From: Hydrolagus affinis | Taxonomy: Eukaryota | DNA length: 64,000 nucleotides | Direction of reading: 5' to 3' | NCBI GenBank assembly: GCA_012026655.1 | Contig: JAAILG010000202.1 | Location: 62,001-126,000, forward strand | Shown: piece after piece, positions 12,486-24,944 of the stretch | Numbering within the stretch: position 1 is the stretch's first letter | How the letters are laid out: the number at the start of each line of letters is the position of its first letter | Translations under genes and position numbers: made by a program | The notes under the pieces: model-generated | Database searches by the model: none | What the model saw: the letters and a program-made list of their open reading frames with translations, nothing else | What the model was told of the DNA's origin: nothing

Positions 12486-13285
12486 GGATCCGATTGCCTT
12501 TGATCAGCCACCAGAGAAAGTGGACATCCTTTTCATTGATGAGTTGAAATCCAGAAAAGAACAGCTTCTGAAATGTTTACTAACTTTACTGTTAAAAAGG
12601 ATTAATTACACTATGGAGTGTACATGAAACATCATTACACCATTTAATGGATTGCAAATTGGAGCTATCTTGAAACTTGTACCAGTGAGTTCCAGCTAAG
12701 CGAGAACTATTAATGAATTAAGTCCACACAATTACACAGCTCAATGATTAATGTCATATCCAGTTGACTCTTGCATTGTTTTGCAGTGTGACGTATTTGG
12801 GATATTAGTGAGGATGGTAATAGTTCATTCCTTCTATTTTGTTCCAATTTGCTCACAGATTATTTTAAAGAACACCCAACAGTGACAGCTATTTTCACAG
12901 TTTGAATGATGACTTACACAAGACAAAAAGAAAACGTATTAATGAAAAACATTGAAATCACGTTGGTAAAGTTCTTAAGTGGCTCAGATCATTACCTACG
13001 CAGGTGGGAAATCAAGTGCAAATCTACACATCTAGAAAGCAGTGGCTCCAGGTAAAATAAATCTCCATAACACACTGTGGTTATATGCAATAATATAAGT
13101 CTGACAGGCAGGAAGCAATTCATAGGTTATTCTATGCTACAGTGGAGACCAATGATAGTCCTTCAGTTCAGCTGTCACCACACAATTGATGGAACAAGCC
13201 CAAAAGGAATCTCAACACTGTGTAACAGTACTGAACGAAAGAGAAACCATACAATGAGAGAGAACACAAACACAGTACTTACACT

Positions 13286-13413
13286 AAACACAAAATACTA
13301 CAGATGCTGGGAATCTGAAACAAAAACAAAGGTTGCTGGGGAAACTCAGCAGGTCAAGCAGCATGCATGGAGAAAGGAAAAAGAGTCAATGTTTCGGGTC
13401 TACAACCCTTCGT
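13286..13413 (-). mobile_element. Penelope-like terminal fragment (single arm, hammerhead core truncated)
   Basis: Near-identical to the left arm of 21951-22205; minus strand ACGAAGGGTTGTAGACCCGAAACATTGACTC lacks an intact CTGANGA. Confidence 0.8.
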
Positions 13414-13529
13414 ACAGTACTTCTACTTATCATTTTGGGGTTATTAAGGGGTATAACAACATGCTATAAGATTATGTAATTGAAGCTGTAACAAGGGTGG
13501 AAGTAAAGCTTTTGCCTCTAAATAATAAC

Positions 13530-13800
13530 CTCTAGATCTGACATAGGCCCTTACCACAGTATTCCAGATGGCTCAAAGTATTTCACAAATTCTTACTGTA
13601 ACGTTTAGCTACCATGTATTTGTCGACAGATGATGCAACCAATTTGAGCACAGTAACATCGTACAAACATCCATGATGTGATAACCAATTTTATTTCAGG
13701 GGGTTGTTGGCCAAGATACCAAGAGAAACTTTTTTCGATGGTGCCATGGAAACCTTCTGAATTGCAAAGATCTAGTGTAGGTGCCACTTTGAAGCCAACC
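13530..13800 (-). mobile_element. Old Deu SINE relic
   Basis: GCAACCAATTTGAGCACAG, GTTGTTGGCCAAGATACC and GGTGCCATGGAAACCT match the Deu domain in reverse. Confidence 0.55.
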
Positions 13801-14905
13801 CGATCCAATGATATGTTCTCTGGCTTTTCCCTTTAGGCTTCATCATCATCATCAAGAGTGAAAGAGTTTGTGAATGACAGTATTTCATTCACTGTCAATT
13901 TGTCTAAATTCTAAAGGGTCATATTTCAGTCAAAGTGTGTGCAGATTGGGAGGTTTAGAGAAACATTTCAATTACAACTACATAGTGAGGCATGCTCTGA
14001 GAGCATGCATTACACTATTTATTAATTTTCCTGCCAGATTCTTTTCTGAGTTTGTTTGGGCCGTGCGCAATATGAGAAACAATAAGTTCCCTCTCTCCCA
14101 CCCCGAAACCAAGACAAGTTTAACCACAAGTGAGTGAGTTGTACTGTGGTTTGATGTGTAATCACATCTGGTTGTACTTCCACCTTTTCCTTTCCATTGT
14201 CGTTTAGCTTTGATCATTAACTCTAAAACCACACAGCATGGACTGCCGTGATTCATAAGGGGAGAAAACTCCACCTGGATCTATCTAGGTACGTTCTATT
14301 TATGTTTTAGAGCTCCACCAATTTATTACAACTACTACAAGTAATCATAATATTAATAAACTATTATTTTATTACCGTACTTTCCCCTGTGCCAGTTCAA
14401 TCCACTCGCATATTTCTTCCTTTTTCAGTGTTTCCCAGGTGGAATTCAAATGACATATTTTGGCCATTCCTGTAAGTTCCTCGGGTTCTCAGGAAGGGAT
14501 TCAGATGGTTTTGGTCACAGGCAGCGAGGAAGGGAGGGGATTTTGAAAAAAAAAATCTGTGTGTTCAAAACAGCATCAAACTCAGCAGCTAAACCAGGCT
14601 TAAGGTCAGGAAAATCTCTGTTAAGTTTGGCAAGGGACCAAAAGTTCAATTCACCAGAAGGTCATTTGAGCTCCTCTAGGGTAACCAAAGCTTGCGTACG
14701 CAGCCAACAAACTGTCAACAGTCCTTATTCCAACAGAATGGTCGATGTTAAAACCAGTTTTGCTCCTTGACTGTTTGTGCACTCATATATCACTTCCAGG
14801 TGATGGCTATCAGACAAATCACCAGTTAAGTCTGAATTTCTTTCCATTCTATTGAAGGAAGGAAGTATTTACCAATTAAGCATTTTGGCTAATACATCAA
14901 ATTGT

Positions 14906-15238
14906 GGTGCTCCTGTAGCTCAGTAGTTAGGGCACTCGCCTTGCAAGTGTGAGACCTGTGTTCGAATCCAGGCAGATCAGGGCAAAACCTTGGACAAATT
15001 TCCTTACTCCACATGCCTAACAATAAACCGTCGAAAGAAAACACAATAATGAAAATTGGTCATTTCAATCCACAATTGTTTGTGGAACAATAATAAAAAT
15101 TGGTCATTTCAATCCACGAGTGTCTGCCACGTTTTGCCCAAAATATACAGTCAATTTACTTTACAGTATATTCTGCGAAGTGCTTTGAGAAAGCGATAAG
15201 ATGTGAAAAGCGTTATATCAAATGCAAGCATTATTATA
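14906..15238 (+). mobile_element. Full-length Deu SINE with internal duplication replacing part of the Deu core
   Basis: A/B boxes and tail present; ACAATAAT(G/A)AAAATTGGTCATTTCAATCCAC occurs twice (~15043 and ~15087). Confidence 0.9.
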
Positions 15239-16462
15239 AATGTATGTTATCATAAATAAATATATATATCTTTAAAAATTTTTGAAAATCTGCTGCGTGC
15301 AATTGGCCATGTTTCACCATAAAAATATACAGTCAATTCACTTTACAATATATTCTGTGAAACATTTGAAGATGATTATTATATATTATTAGAAGAAAAA
15401 AAGAATCTGCTTTGAAAGTAAGTTGAAAGCAACTTTCATAATGCTCTGCTCCACAAATTAGTTATTACACACACCATGCTGGATTTCACATGGCTTCCCA
15501 CATCATTGAAAGGTGAAATAATTTCCAAGCAGGAAATAAGTCTTGCATGAACCTGTTCGATACACTGTTTCAATTGCCTTTAATAGTACTATACAGTATT
15601 TTCTGCAGACATCTTAAAGACGATCAGACTATACGTTACTTGCTATCTGATCAAAGGCCATTTGATTTCCAACCCCCTCCCCACACCATCACCTTCTGTT
15701 CTAGTTTCACTCACACTTGCTTTGGCCCTAAATCAATCTGTCATCCAAGAAAATTGCCATACAAAGGTTTGCACACTGCCTGATCCAATATGTCATCCTG
15801 TGATGAAAGATTCTCTCAGTCTCTCCAGTGCAATAGACACTCACAAACACTCAGTCAATCTACTTTACAATGTTTTCTGTGAAGCCCGTTGAGATGTCTT
15901 GATGACGTGATAAGGATCTGTACCCAAGGCAAGAATTATTATAGCTGCTCCCAGTGAGTGGGAACAATTGGTTGAGTCTTCCGTTGGATTAAATAATTAA
16001 AATAACAAATAATATAATAATCTTTATCTTTTGGTATAGCTCCTTTCACGTCGCAAGACATCTTAAACAGCTTCACACGATGTATGGGCTAGCCAAGGTG
16101 CAAGTGGCAATTTTGTTGATCATTAATAAAAAATGAATTCAAACATTCTGTATTTGTGTGTTGAACATTAACTCGTTGAACTTTATTGTCTACAATGTGT
16201 TTTGTGCATAATTTTAACTTTGGATTATTCTGTGAAATAAAATACCGTGGTATTTGTTGAGGTGACTTGGCTATACTGCAGTGGAAACTATTTTTACATC
16301 AGGGCGAATATCATGTCCCATCATCGTGTTATTCAAAGCTTTTCAGTGTGGCTTGTTGACAGAATCAGCTGCTCACATCACCCCATGGGGATATATACTT
16401 GGCTGAAAGGTGTTGTGGGAGGGCCCCGTTTACTTGGCTTTTTTGTAGTTTTGTCACCACGT

Positions 16463-16781
16463 GGGAATCCTGTAGCTCAGTGGATAGAGCACTTGCCTCG
16501 CCAACGAGAAACCTGGGTTTGATTCTCAGCAGGGTGAAACCTTGAGCAAGTTTCTTTACCCCACAAGCCTGATAATGATCCCTCAAGTAAAAAAATAATA
16601 AAATTGGTCACTTCAATCCATGACTGTTTGTGGGACACTGTTGTGCACTAATGGCTGCTGCATTTCACCCACAAATACACAGCCAATTCACTTTATAGTA
16701 TATTCTGTAAAGCTCTTTGAGACGTTTAGAAGATGTGGAAAGCGCTGTATCAAATGCAACTTGATATTATTATTTATTATT
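16463..16781 (+). mobile_element. Full-length Deu SINE (short variant)
   Basis: GGGAATCCTGTAGCTCAGTGG head, Deu core, (TAT)n tail. Confidence 0.92.
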
Positions 16782-18094
16782 AGAGAGGTGTCAAACCAAA
16801 AGTAAAAGGAGACACCCTCTAGTGATTAACTACACGCTCTTCCTACTTCTTCATTGACCTCCCATGCTATGGCTATGCAAGTGTAATTTTGTTGTTCTTG
16901 TTGTTTTTGCTAGGCTACAGTTCTGCATTATTAGGACAGTTTAATATTTAAAATTAATTTAGATGAACAATATTGATATTTATTTTACATTGATTCCCCT
17001 CAAACCCCCCCACCCCTCCGCCCTCCCACCCAGTTTTTTAGGGAGTCTTTGCCTACAAAATTGGCTGACTTCCACGTTGCAAAGTTGCCTGAGGCGCCAT
17101 TTTCTGGGAGCGTCAGACAGGAATTCTTATTATTATAATTTCCAACCGAATAAATACAAACAAATGCAATGACACCAATTCGCATTACAAATTTGGTTAC
17201 GTTCCTAACATCAGTTTGAAGGCACGTACTTTGAAATGCCAGGTGGAGTTTAATTTTGGATTTGGATTTCAGAGCAGAGTTAATTTGTACCAGCGTATGA
17301 CCTCACCGAGGTTAGAAATCTAACCTTGAAAACTATTCACGGATTGCATTCATAAGCAATGCATTCCAAAGATCAATTTCACCAAGCTTTATTTTTACGG
17401 GGAGATGATAGTGAGGATATCATCTCCTTGTGATTTTCCAGGCACCTTGTTACTTGTCAAAGCCAGGAACAACCTTATCTCAGGTCTGAACTGTAAATCA
17501 ATCCGCCAGTTACTACAGATGGTATAACACACAGCAGCCCCAACTTACCTCAACACTGCGCCTGGTGTTCTTCTCATGCTAAAAGGACTACACTAATACT
17601 GTTGGATCCTGTTAGAACATGTTAGTGGATGGATGGTGGGGGAAGGTGTCATAAAATCAGACATCATGTTATAATGTGGTCGCGCTCTAGGGAGACAGCT
17701 GGTTGGTGCTTCTGGGTTGTTGGGTCACTCACTGCCGATATCACCAAACCTGGAAGCAAGTGGGCAGCCATTCCTGAGAGACTTCCCACACTTATATACT
17801 CTGCCTCGAGTGGGATTCAGAGATGCAATACCCTGGCTCAACAGTACAATCACCCTAAACAGAGACATAGAGGGGCATAACTCATTTGACTGATTTGTAG
17901 TTGAACTAGGATCTTAGTATGTTAAAGCAGCTCACAGAGATTTCTGCAAATCATAAGAATAATAATCCTTGCATTTGCTGCAGTGCCTGAGATGTCTCAA
18001 AGCGCTTCACGGAATATTCTCAAGTGGATTGACTGTATTTTGTGGCTGAAACGCAGTAGCGAATTACACACAGCTAATGTTGCAGAAATGGGTA

Positions 18095-18236
18095 CATAAG
18101 AACATAAGAACTAGGAGCAGGAGTAGGCCAATCAGCCCCTCGAGCCTGCCCCGCCATTTAATAAGATCATGGCTAATCTTCCATCCTAATCTTATTAACC
18201 CACCCTACCCCCGTATCCCTTAATCCCTTTATCTTT
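18095..18236 (-). mobile_element. CR1 LINE 3' UTR/tail
   Basis: (ACATAAGA)2 ACTAGGAGCAGGAGTAGGCCAATCAGCCCCTCGAGCCTG is the reverse of a CR1 tail with octamer repeat. Confidence 0.88.
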
Positions 18237-18664
18237 TAAAAATAGGTATATGATTGTATCAGGCTGTCATGCTGTAATGTCGGTGAATTTTGGGAAAAAG
18301 TGTATAAGTGTATTAACATCACATTCTGTCTACATTTGCTCTGAATAGGCAGGATTCCCATGTGGTCCTGAGAGTAGCACAGAGCCAAATTTGCCATTCC
18401 TGGGAATGTATTTGGAAAGATTAAAAGCCGCTTTGCTTTGATTTTTTGCTCTGCTGGCAATGACACAGCAGTAGCGAAGGCTATTAAGTAGCTGAACAAG
18501 ATGTGGAGTTCCAACTGATGAACTTATTAGGGCGTTGATGATCGTATACACTAAACTAATGGTAGAATTATTTTTGCATATATCAGCTATTTCTTGGCTA
18601 AAATGATCAATGGTTTACTTAAGGCTGCAACGAGACATCAGAACAAGATGACAGTTTTTCAATT

Positions 18665-19362
18665 TTGAACACCGGACCTCAGGAAAAATATATTGGCCCT
18701 CGAGGGTTGCAGTGAAGATTCACCAGAATGTTACCGGGCCTAAAAAGGGTTAAATTACAAGGAGAGGCTGGGTGAACTTGGATTATATTTCTTTGATTTT
18801 AGAAGCTTGAGGGTGATTTGATTGAAGTATTTAAGATGATAAAGGGATTCAATAGGGTGAGGGAATTCAAAACAAGGGGGTATTATCTTCAAATTAGAAC
18901 TAGGCTATTTAAGAGTGAAATCAGGAAGCATTTTTTTTACACACTCAAAGGATAATAGAAATCTATAATTCTCTCCCCCAAAAGGCCATGGATGTTGGAT
19001 CCATCCACACCTTCAAAAGTGAGGTAGGTTTTGGGTAGACAAAACACAAAATACTACAGATGCTGGGAATCTGAAACAAAAACAGAAGTTGCTGGGGAAA
19101 CTCGGCAGGTCAGGCATGGAGAAAGGAAAAAGAGTCAACGTTTTAAATGTTGACTCTTTTTCCTTTCTCCTTGGATGCTGCCTGACCTGCCGAGTTTCCC
19201 CAGCAACTTCTGTTTAGGTTTTTGATAGGTCAGGGTATTATGGGATATCGGGAGAAGGTAGAAAATGTGGATTGAAAGTTTTACTTGAGTAAAATTAAAT
19301 ACAATTAAAAAATTATATGGCAGAATAGGCTCGAAGGGTTGAATGCCTACTCGTGTTCCTGT
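18665..19362 (+). mobile_element. CR1 LINE 3' end interrupted by a Penelope-like insertion
   Basis: RFTRMLPGL..LNYKERLGELGL..RGDLIEVFKMIKG motif (frameshifted); tail GGCTCGAAGGGTTGAATGCCTACTCGTGTTCCT. Confidence 0.85.
19039..19215. mobile_element. Penelope-like inverted terminal element, hammerhead cores deleted
   Basis: Inverted arms meet at GAGTCAACGTTTTAAATGTTGACTC; same family as 21951-22205. Confidence 0.82.
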
Positions 19363-20208
19363 GACACAAATGCAATTTCAGGATAGGCATCAGGAAGTAT
19401 CAAGACCCATATTGAATGCCTTTGCCTACATTTGGAATGATAATAATACGACATATCAATGCTTAATGGAAGCCTTTCTCTCTATTAGATTCAAGTGATT
19501 GTAAAAAGCAAGAAAGCTACTGCCAATTATTCCTCATTGTCAGTTGGCTATTTCGACACTGAGAGAGATCTGGTTTTGCATGACCATTCCAACAGCAGCA
19601 AAAGTAATGTAAATACAGTACTGATTTCTTTTGAAGTTTTGTTCTTAGACGCTCGACAGCCTATTTATTAAGTGAATACAATGGTTATCTTTAATGGCAT
19701 GTGCCTTGCGATCTCGCTAATATTTCATCTGGGGCACATAGTTCAGTGCTTTAGGAATGCCTTTCATGTCTGAATTACACATCGTACATCATGACAAACA
19801 CATATTACCTGATGCCAAGAAGCACTGCTTATGATGGTGTATTGTATCAACCTTCAGAACAGAATAATGTAAATGGAATAATGGTCAGTTGGGGCGGGTG
19901 CCGGGAGACAGCAGCCAGTGCCTGTGAAAACAACCATACCTCAGCATGAAGAGGTCTGGACACCAGGAACATAGGCGAATGCCAATGGGAATACAATAAT
20001 ACAGTTAGAAGCAGTAGATTGGTTTGTTAGTATAAATTGGGTGGTGTTGCTTAACAAATTCAACAGTACATCGACTCTGCTCAGAAATGATACGTTTTTT
20101 ACCTCAATATGAGACTGTAAATTGATATGTACAGATGTGATCCTTGCACACTTGCCAACCAGGTGTTATCGACTTCATGCTCCTTTAATTAGCGACAGTT
20201 ACCATTGT

Positions 20209-20401
20209 GGATTCCGGTAGCATATTGGTTAGAACAGACACCTAGCAAGTGAGAGGAACCGGGTTCAATTCCCGAGCGGGGGCGATACCTTAGGGAATAA
20301 ACTTTACAGTATTATTCTGTGAGGCAATGTGAATCAACTCAACGATAAGGCTATTGAGTGATAAGACACTGTAGCAATGCAAGGATTATGATCATTATTA
20401 T
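20209..20401 (+). mobile_element. tRNA-headed SINE lacking the Deu core (diverged or internally deleted)
   Basis: TAGCATATTGG A-box, GGTTCAATTCC B-box, then directly CTTTACAGTATTATTCTGTGA...AATGCAAGGATTAT tail. Confidence 0.7.
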
Positions 20402-22049
20402 GGAGACCTGAAGTTACTGCTCCAGACCACAAAGCTATAACAAGGTTGCCTTGTAATTACAGTATTAAACTATTAAACGGTAGGATAATTATTATTGTTG
20501 CAGCAAGATTATTTCAGTCCCTTTTCTACTGTAAAATTTAATTATCTTTTGTGAGTGTATAGCCTGAAGCGGTGTGCTGAAATAAAAACAATTCTTCATT
20601 CAAATGAGAGGAACCTTCCTGACATGAGAAATCACGTAGAAGTTTAATATATAAATTGGTTTAACAGAACTGGGATTTAACAATAACTCAAAAGACATCT
20701 GGTAGTTTAATTCCACAATGAGCAGATCCCTTTCTATTGTCAAGTGTACAATCTGCAAATTCCACATATAGCAACAGGCTTGGGTAGAGTTATAGTTGGC
20801 AGCAAATTTGATTTAACCTTTATTTGCAAGATCCTGTGAGCGTGGCTCAACTGAGTTTAAGTTCTTATCCTTAAATTTATGGAGGGATTCTGTTGGAGCT
20901 GGGTCTTAAGGTTTAAAATATCAGTCTTCACATTTTGTTACTACCATGATTTGAATGTATTGGCTTATAGAAAGCTTTGAAGTAGTACATGTTTGCACCA
21001 GCCAGATCCAAAAACAACCCATGAGCTAAATGATTAATTTGTCTGGAGAATTGTTGGCCTTCTCTTTCTGAATAGTCGTGGGATCTTCACCATCATTTCA
21101 GTTGAACAGACAGACGGGATCTTGGATTAATGTCTCTAAGATAAATTATGTATCTCCAGCCCCCATCACCCCACATAATGCTCACCCTCCCCACCAGTAA
21201 AGGCAGGTGAGTATCAATTTTCAGGGAGGAAAAGAGAGGCTTACAGCCAATGTCCACTGCTCTGTCGAATCACTTTTGGCTTCAGTGTGATACTGACAGA
21301 GCTTGGACATACCCATGGGTTAGTATAACACCGTGGTTTTATTGGAATAGCTTTTTTTTTCAATAAACCCACTTTCCAGCTATCATTCTATCTTCTAATT
21401 GCAATTCATTCAGATCACATGATTTATTCAGCAATTTTTCAGCGAGAACAAAACCAAACAGATTCAGACACATGAACTTGTCCATAGGCATAACTAAGAG
21501 CCTTCTCTTTCTCAGATTCTCAGAGACTGTCACATATTGAGGCTTTAATTGAAGAGTCATCAATGCTCTGCATAAAATTGGCAATTCATCATATTTACCA
21601 AGTGAATTCCTGTAAATGAAATTTAATGGCAAAGGTGAGGACTGCTGTGTGCGAAGCATTATCCAGGGAGCGGGAGGCGGAAATCAGGGTTTGATGGTGA
21701 TTGGAAACAAATTTACTCTTACAGCCGAAACACTTACTGATCATGCAAAGGCAATACCTGACTCCGTGCATCCATTCACATATTGCAAACTTAAAACTGG
21801 TCCACTGTATTAATATATTAATATTAGTAATCCTTGCATTTCATATAGCACCTATCACATTATCACTGTTGGAGTTGGAGGAGAGGATAAGCGAGGTGTG
21901 AGAGGGTGGATGGAGGAGCTGGGTGGTAATGGAGAAGAGAAGCCTGGGAGCAAAACACAAAATACTACAGAGGCTGGGAATCTGAAACAAAAACAAAAGT
22001 TGCTGGGGAAACTCAGCAGGTCAGGCAGCATCCATGGAGAAAGGAAAAA

Positions 22050-22087
22050 GAGTCAACGTTTCGGGTCTACAACCCTTCATCAGAACT
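22050..22087 (-). ncRNA. Minimal type-I hammerhead ribozyme motif
   Basis: Minus strand AGTT-CTGATGA-A-GGGT-TGTAG-ACCC-GAAAC-GTT-GACT: core CUGAUGA/GAAA, stem II GGGU/ACCC, stem I AGUU/GACU, GUU cleavage triplet. Confidence 0.75.
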
Positions 22088-22103
22088 GATGAATTTCAGA
22101 TAA

Positions 22104-22141
22104 AGTTCTGACGAAGGGTTGTAGACCTGAAACGTTGACTC
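22104..22141 (+). ncRNA. Minimal type-I hammerhead ribozyme motif
   Basis: AGTT-CTGACGA-A-GGGT-TGTAG-ACCT-GAAAC-GTT-GACT; stem II keeps pairing through a G.U pair. Confidence 0.72.
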
Positions 22142-22314
22142 TTTTTCCGTTCTCCATGGATGCTGCCTGACCTGCTGAGTTTCCTCAGCAACTTTTGTTT
22201 TTGTTGTAAGAGAAGCCTGGGGTTGTTCTTGGCTTCCAAGATTACCTTGGAATGGAAGGAGGATTTAGTAGAGGCGAAGGTGGACAGGTAAGTTTTTATG
22301 TAGTACAGTCAGAT

Positions 22315-22468
22315 CGTCAGATCTAATGTCTCATCTGAAGTATGGCATCTCCGATAATGCAACACACCCCCGGTACTGCATTGGATGGTCATCTTAGATG
22401 ATGTGACTCCAAGTCCTGAGGTGGGCCTTGAACAACCTTCTGACTCAGAGTAAAAAGTGCTACAACGT
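22315..22468 (-). mobile_element. Old SINE 5' part (SacSINE1-like tRNA head plus Deu start)
   Basis: Reverse complement ...CTCTGAGTCAGAAGGTTGTTCAAGGCCCAC...CTTCAGATGAGACATTAG; similar to 47855-48000. Confidence 0.6.
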
Positions 22469-23706
22469 TATTATTGACATCCTGGTGTCCCACAGACTTG
22501 CTCCCTCCCTCACCTCATTCAAAATCAATCTGAAGACCTAACTCTCTAACCATGCTTTCGGTCACCTTTCCCATCTCCTACTTCCTCGGCTCCTCCCCCC
22601 AGCTCGGCTGCTAAACCAGGACTGTCAAACATCTTGGGACGTCCTCCTGATATGAAAGGTTCTGTACAAATGTAAATTTGTATTGTACTGTATTGAAAAT
22701 GAATCTGTATTATCCCTTGCTCATAATTCATTTCGATTGAACAGGGACTTGTTTTCAGCACACTGTGTTCCTTCCTGCAGTAAACATTGCATCCAGCACC
22801 CAGCACTTCATGATAATGTTTTATTCAAAGATTAAAATTAGCAGCTGGAAAATAAGGGAAGCAGAGCTTCCAACAGTGGCAGATGGTGCACAGATTACAG
22901 ATGGAAATTGCTAATTATCTTGTATCATGGATAGTGAGCAGTGTCTGTCAGTGGCTGATTAGTTAGCAGTTTAAGGCTATTCATAATGTATCACTGTCAC
23001 CTCCAATACATCTTCATTCTCTTGGCATAGGACATTATCATAAGCAGCTGGCATTCACTAATTTGTAAAATAACAATTTAGCGAAGCCATGTGTTTTCAG
23101 GACTTGGAGTGGACAAATTATAGGACTTTTATAGGCAACATGTTGAATTGATGGTGGACTTTTTTCTTCTTCACGGAACTGCTAGACCATCTTATTGTAA
23201 CGAGGTTGGCAGATGTAATTAGCAAGTCTTTAACTCGGGTATTTCCCAGAAACTGGTCCCGTAGCAGCAAAACCAAAGGTCCCAAGTTGAAATGCCCTTG
23301 AGAATTCACAAGATGGAAATTGGAAAGCACGAACGGTTGTGTGCTACGTTCACGTTTAATAATAATACTAATCCATGCATTTGATACGTGGTCAAGACAT
23401 CTCACATATGAAAGTAGTCAGCACTGAGAACTGAGAACTGAGAACTTCAATCCCGACATACTCTGTACCAACAATCATCTCCTGATATATGCCCAGTAAC
23501 CTGCAATATGTGTACAACTAGATTTCAAAGTAACTGGTCAGTAATGAACCTTGTGCAACCACAAACAAAATCAACTGTGAAACCCAACCAGTGTATCTTG
23601 AATGTGAGTTTTTGTACCCAACCCACAATTTTGCCCCATACTATCTATCATCTGAGCACTGCAGTTCAAACGATCCAAGCAGGTCAAGTCGGATTGAAGG
23701 CTGAAT

Positions 23707-23943
23707 CAAAAACAGAAGTTGTTGGGAAAACTCAGCAGGTCAGGCAGCATCTATGGAGAAAAGAAAAGTGAGTCAACGTTTCGGGTCCACGACCCTTCGT
23801 CAGTTCTGATCCAAAACGTTCACTCACTTTTCCTTTCTCCATAGATGCTGCCTGACCTGCAGTAGATGCTGCCTGACCTGCTGAGTTTTCCTTGCAACTC
23901 TGTTTGTGTTTCAGATTTCCAGCAACTGCAGTATTTTGTGTTT
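23707..23943. mobile_element. Penelope-like inverted terminal element with near-perfect 13-bp TSD
   Basis: Inverted arms; TTGAAGGCT(G/A)AAT at 23694-23706 and 23944-23956; internal 19-bp duplication at 23842-23881. Confidence 0.85.
23770..23803 (-). ncRNA. Minimal hammerhead ribozyme core
   Basis: Minus strand CTGACGA-A-GGGTC-GTG-GACCC-GAAAC-GTT-GACTC; the 5' strand of stem I is altered by rearrangement. Confidence 0.62.
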
Positions 23944-24944
23944 TTGAAGGCTAAATGTTGGCAGAAATCCTTTCCATCAAACTGTATATTGCAAACCCAT
24001 TTTGTTTTATTGTACAATATTATAAAATCAAATCCATCATTAACTGTAATATCATGTAATGCATTTCCTTTTAAGTAAATATGTTGTAAATTCAACAGAT
24101 TTTAGTGGACTTGTGACAGGATTCCATTATTGTTTGTTCAGGAAACAGCAGATGTATTATATTTAGTCAATGTAACGTATTACATTTTGCAAATTAATCA
24201 TAATCATCTGAAGTAACAGTGCCAGACTTAACTATCTCTGGCAATGAGAGTGCTTTAGTGACAGCTTTCCTTGATATTGACACAAACCTCTGCTGAACAT
24301 AGTGACAGATTAATGCAACTTTCATGCTTGGAACTATCGCTGTGTCTAGTGTGGCTCAGAGATATTTCCTGTAAGAAATCTCTTCTTGCTTTGCCTCCCA
24401 TATGATGTATTGCTACTCTATATAATCTGAGTTACCCAAGGTACTAATTCAAATGAGCAGCCAATTTCTGGAGAGTTAAAGGAAACCAAACTAAATTATG
24501 ATTGTGGCTGAGCTAGGAGATTGCCTTTCTGTTAGATTGTTCTATTGATGGTGTTTCAGAGTGAGTTACTCTACCCTTTTGAGATCAAGTGAGTTGGTAA
24601 CGACCCTGACAACCATAATGTGTTCATTCATCACATGTCACACGACTTGTGGAAAGTACAGTATATAGTTACAGTCACCTTGAATGCATCTACCAAGGTT
24701 AAATGATAATATCACTTATATTTGGTATAGCATCTTACACTTCATTCTCAAAACGTTTCACAGGATTTACTGTAATGAGTGGTGACTATGTGTTTTATGG
24801 GCAGAGTGTGTTCAATGTAATTAATGTTTGTCTATGTTCTTTACGCAGCTGGACAGCAACCAGGATTGAACACAATATCAAGACATCTCTCTACAGGGCT
24901 ATTGTTATTGATAGACTTGGGAGGCCTGATAAAATAATCTTATA

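Larger units (their letters stand above)
21951..22205. mobile_element. Penelope-like non-autonomous inverted terminal element with 14-bp TSD
   Basis: Long inverted arms (GATGCTGCCTGACCTGCTGAG family); direct repeat AAGAGAAGCCTGGG at 21935-21948 and 22208-22221. Confidence 0.88.

Noticed and set aside
14450-14770. 106-aa ORF as a coding exon
   Set aside because: No recognisable domain and no convincing splice context.
17549-17578. 30-nt minus-strand micro-exon (TTTTAG|...GAG|GTAAGT)
   Set aside because: Good donor but short pyrimidine tract, unrecognised peptide and no partner exons; plausible by chance in 64 kb.
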